Origin: Alphaproteobacteria bacterium
Lineage (GTDB): Bacteria > Pseudomonadota > Alphaproteobacteria > SP197
Length of the DNA: 64,000 nt
Assembly: GCA_964291265.2 (NCBI GenBank)
Contig: OZ219746.1
Location: forward strand, 96,001 to 160,000
Direction of reading: 5' to 3'
A program made the translations under genes and the position numbers. The notes beneath the pieces are model-generated. The model was not told the origin of the DNA, searched no databases, and worked only from the letters and a program-made list of their open reading frames with translations. Shown piece after piece: positions 60,687 to 64,000 of the stretch (positions are counted from its first letter, which is position 1; the number at the start of each line of letters is the position of its first letter).

Positions 60687-61199
60687 TCATCGACGGGGTT
60701 CCGCCAGATCCTCAAGCCGCGCACTGACTTCGTGTGAGGGCAAGAACACCGTCTCATCTGATTGCCACGCCTCGAGCGCCCGACCGAGAATCGATCTGCT
60801 GCAGACTGCCGCAGCCTTGAGCTCGTCGACCACCCAGAGCACGCCGTGGACCCGCAGCCCGTTCGCCTCAGCAACTCTGCGCAGCAGGGCATCGCCCGTG
60901 AGCAGAATGCCTGGATAGGCTTGAGCAGTGGCCAGGCAGAAGCAGTCGTTGGCGGAGATGCCCGCATGACGTTCCTTCACGGCGAGCGCCAGGCCGACTT
61001 CTTCCGATGTCAGGTCGTGCGTGATCATGCCGGCCTCGTCGAGCGCCCGCCAGTCGGCTTCCGAAAGGCCGAGTACTTCTGACGCCCGCACGGACAATGA
61101 AATCACGAATTGACAGGGCAGATCGCAAACGACGCCCAGCAGACCTCCCTTGCGGAGGTCGATCAGGCAGGAGGCGTCGTTGACGATGACGCAGGTCAA
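60687..61199 (-). CDS. PIN-domain protein (putative toxin)
   Basis: VNDASCLIDL, SANDCFCL, LLTGD..LR, HGVLWV. Confidence 0.8.
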   Translation of the reverse strand: MTCVIVNDASCLIDLRKGGLLGVVCDLPCQFVISLSVRASEVLGLSEADWRALDEAGMITHDLTSEEVGLALAVKERHAGISANDCFCLATAQAYPGILLTGDALLRRVAEANGLRVHGVLWVVDELKAAAVCSRSILGRALEAWQSDETVFLPSHEVSARLEDLAEPRR

Positions 61200-62275
61200 T
61201 GGATATCAGGGCCGCTGATCTGCCGCTCGACGGACTCGAGGGACTGGTTGAGCAGTGCGGCCGCACGCACCGGCGAGATCAGCTTCTCGCCCATCGCGCG
61301 GGAGACGAGTCGCTTGAAGCGACAAGGCTTCTCGAAAGCCGCGAACCCATGCTCGGCCTGGATCGGGTCCGGTTCCGACTTCCGCCAGGTCCGGGCAAAC
61401 GTCGCGAACGCGCGCTGCACGGAGCCCTCGGACAGCACGCCCACCTGCCCCAGACGCATCAGCAGGGCCGCCGCCGACACGCCGTAGATGTGCTTCAGAC
61501 GGACGATCTCGTAGTAGGTAACCCTGCGGCGACCGGCCCCGACCTTGTCCCGAAGGCTCTGGCCAGGAACCAGAAACGCGCCGGCGAAGCGGTTCATCGC
61601 TCGCTCGAGGTTGATCGCGGGATGGCCGGTGGAACGGATGATCCGGTGCGCGAGCTCATGGGCCAACGTGAACCTCCTGCGCTCGACATTGACCCGGCTG
61701 GACACCACGACGGCCTCAGCGACGATCTCTCCGCCTCGCAGAACGTGGCACGAGAGCCCATTGATACTCTCCGGGAGGTCGGCTTCCACCACCTTGATTC
61801 CCTTGTCTTCAAGCAACTCGCACAAACTGGGAATCGGGTCGAGGCCAAGAGCCCAGACTCCGCGGAGTTCATCGGCCCGCTCGTCGATCCGGGTTTCGCT
61901 CGCGACGCAGTCGTGTGGCCGCGTCTCCACCCAGTCGACGCCAGCCTCGATGTCGAGGATGTGCTCGATGGCGAGGTAACGCTCCAGGCTGTCGATCACA
62001 ACCGCCTCGGCCCTTGCGCGATCGCGGGCCGAAGCGCCGGACTGCTTGCGGAACTCGACTGCTTCGAGCACCTCGACCTGCGCGCTCATCAGGAAATCCA
62101 GCGAGACGCCAAGAGTCTTCCCGAGGCCGACCAGCACGGCCGAGGAAGGCAGCATCTTGCCCGCCTCGTACTTGCTGACCGCCTGAGCGGTCACTTTCGG
62201 ATTCGTCGCGTCCGCGAGCGCCCGCATCGACAGACCTGCCCGTTTCCGGGCGAGACGGAGCCGTTGCCCAAACAT
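61196..62275 (-). CDS. XRE HTH + ImmA/IrrE Zn-metallopeptidase
   Basis: RLRLARKRAGLS...SKYEAG; RFTLAHELAH; E..MNRFAGAFL. Confidence 0.9.
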   Translation of the reverse strand: MFGQRLRLARKRAGLSMRALADATNPKVTAQAVSKYEAGKMLPSSAVLVGLGKTLGVSLDFLMSAQVEVLEAVEFRKQSGASARDRARAEAVVIDSLERYLAIEHILDIEAGVDWVETRPHDCVASETRIDERADELRGVWALGLDPIPSLCELLEDKGIKVVEADLPESINGLSCHVLRGGEIVAEAVVVSSRVNVERRRFTLAHELAHRIIRSTGHPAINLERAMNRFAGAFLVPGQSLRDKVGAGRRRVTYYEIVRLKHIYGVSAAALLMRLGQVGVLSEGSVQRAFATFARTWRKSEPDPIQAEHGFAAFEKPCRFKRLVSRAMGEKLISPVRAAALLNQSLESVERQISGPDIH

Positions 62276-62701
62276 TTATCCCTTCCTTCGTTAACCCAAG
62301 GTTTATATATGGGATGTTCCTGCATTTTTGTAAACCAACAACCGGCCCTTCACATCTCGACTCGGCATCAACCTCGATATGGTCTGAAAGACGGTACGGG
62401 GAGACGTGCCCGAACCGGTCACTCCGCTTGAGCGTGTCTTGAGCCTCCCGCGCCACCCGCTACACACCGCGTCGAACCGCACGCCCTGCGCATAGAGGGT
62501 CGCGCACACGCTGATCGCACAATTCGGCGATCTCGAACTTGTTCCTGTTTCCGGCGGCATCTCTTGCGCGTCCCGCTGGTCGAAACCCTTCAACTCCGCC
62601 ATCCCGGCGATCTTGTGAGCGCTCCCCTCTCTCATATATGATATGTCAGGTTTCTCGAAGGACCTTCCGAGGTCAGGAGAGGTGCACCGGCAGGGCAGGT
62701 C

Positions 62702-63526
62702 ATGAGTCATTGGGATCTTGACGATATCGATTGGCAAGCCTTCGATCGGCCCAGTGTCGTTCCCGACATGGTTCGCATCGTCAAGGCTGCTTCGCTGGTC
62801 GAGTACAACGGCGATCTCTATGGCCGGTATCTGGCGAACATCTTTGCGGGCGACGATGCCTTCGTCGCAGCCGCGGAAACCTGGGCCACGGAAGAGGTGC
62901 GCCATGGCGTCGCCCTGGGGCGTTGGGCCACCATGGCTGACCCTGCCTGGGATTTCGAAACGGCGCGGGAGCGATTCAGGTCCGAATGCAACCAGGTCGA
63001 TCTCAGCCTCGAGCACTCGGTGCGTGGTTCGCGTTTCAGCGAACTGGTCGCCCGCTGCATCGTCGAGGTGGGAACGTCGTCCTACTACACCGCCCTTGCC
63101 GATGCGACGAAGGAGCCCGTCCTGAGGCAGATCTTCAGGAAGATCGCGGCCGACGAGTTCCGTCACTACAAGCTGTTCTACGACCACATGAAGCGGTATC
63201 GGGCGATCGACAATCCCAATCTCCTGACACGGGTCCGTGTCGCCGTGACCCGCCTTGCCGAATCGGAGGATGACGAACTCGCCTTCGCCTACTACATCGC
63301 CAACAACGTTCCGGAGGCCTACGACCGGAAGGCCTGCGCCGCTGCCTACGGCAGCCGGGCCCTGCCGCACTACCGGCGAAACCACATCCGCCTGGCCGTC
63401 AACATGACGACGAAGGCCATGGGTCTGGAACCGAGGAGCCGCCTGGCCTCCCTGATTGCATGGGTTGTCTGCCGCCTCTTCGAATGGCGCCGCCAGCGCC
63501 TTCTGCAACAGGCTCCCGCCTATTGA
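62702..63526 (+). CDS. Ferritin-like diiron protein
   Basis: WATEEVRHG and IAADEFRH ExxH motifs. Confidence 0.85.
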   Translation: MSHWDLDDIDWQAFDRPSVVPDMVRIVKAASLVEYNGDLYGRYLANIFAGDDAFVAAAETWATEEVRHGVALGRWATMADPAWDFETARERFRSECNQVDLSLEHSVRGSRFSELVARCIVEVGTSSYYTALADATKEPVLRQIFRKIAADEFRHYKLFYDHMKRYRAIDNPNLLTRVRVAVTRLAESEDDELAFAYYIANNVPEAYDRKACAAAYGSRALPHYRRNHIRLAVNMTTKAMGLEPRSRLASLIAWVVCRLFEWRRQRLLQQAPAY

Positions 63527-64000
63527 CATCCTCGCGCCGAGAGGCTTGAGGTGTCGTCTCGGTCGAGGAGGTCGGCGAACGCGGTGAAGATGTCACGGTA
63601 CATCTGACGCTTGAACGCGACGATGCCGGCCTCGATGGCGTCGGCATGCATCCAGCGCCATGCGCCGAATTCGGGATGGTCGGTGCCGCGAACGTCGATG
63701 GCATCGTCCGTTCCCTCGAAGCGCATGGCGAACCACACCTGTCTTTGGCCGCGGTACCGGCCATTCCAGGTTCGGCTGACGAGCTCCGGGGGGAGATCGT
63801 AGGTGAGCGCCTCGCGGGTCGCACGAAGCACCGTGACAGAACGGATTCCGGTTTCCTCGGCGAGTTCACGCAAGGCTGCCTCGAGGGGTTTCTCTCCCTT
63901 GTCGATTCCGCCCTGGGGCATCTGCCAGACACCGGGCAGGTCAAGTCTCTCGCCGACAAGGACCCGGCCTGCGTCGTTGAGCAGAACGATGCCCACGCCT
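63520..64000 (-). CDS. rppH: RNA pyrophosphohydrolase (Nudix), 5' end outside the window
   Basis: WQMPQGGID...ALRELAEETG, GQRQVWF, HPEF, FKRQMY. Confidence 0.92.
   Translation of the reverse strand, partial: GVGIVLLNDAGRVLVGERLDLPGVWQMPQGGIDKGEKPLEAALRELAEETGIRSVTVLRATREALTYDLPPELVSRTWNGRYRGQRQVWFAMRFEGTDDAIDVRGTDHPEFGAWRWMHADAIEAGIVAFKRQMYRDIFTAFADLLDRDDTSSLSARGCQ

Noticed and set aside
1-64000. CRISPR array, rRNA or prophage
   Set aside because: No regularly spaced repeats, rRNA-like sequence, integrase or phage structural genes were seen.

Overview
GC-rich chromosomal window, probably from an alphaproteobacterium (Rhodospirillales-like; possibly host-associated, given the IS relics, pseudogenes and an SH3/MORN protein). 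Core blocks are: tRNA-Arg and a large NAD-GDH; cysE, an iscR::iscS fusion and iscS; anmK/tyrS/AsmA-like/glnE; TRAP/xth/GS-III/rbsK/rsmB/rpe; and a ferritin-like gene with rppH. Three accessory, defence-like regions interrupt them (~6.3-15.9 kb, ~29-38.6 kb, ~55.3-62.3 kb). Highlights: (1) a selenium locus with tRNA-Sec, an oxidoreductase-SelD fusion and a hidden 385-aa selenoprotein (PrdB/GrdB-like, UxxC, SECIS-like hairpin) that the ORF track splits in two and that lies directly downstream of an amidohydrolase; (2) a 2456-bp IS66-family element carrying a passenger DNA adenine methyltransferase, nested inside a second copy of itself, which in turn splits a DUF4365-like gene (both 8-bp TSDs visible); (3) a PHP-ABC-ATPase plus Schlafen/AlbA_2 candidate defence pair; (4) an IscR-cysteine desulfurase fusion with an IscR-type box; (5) a 386-bp MITE with TIRs and a TSD. 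All family calls come from motif recognition by eye; no database searches were run.
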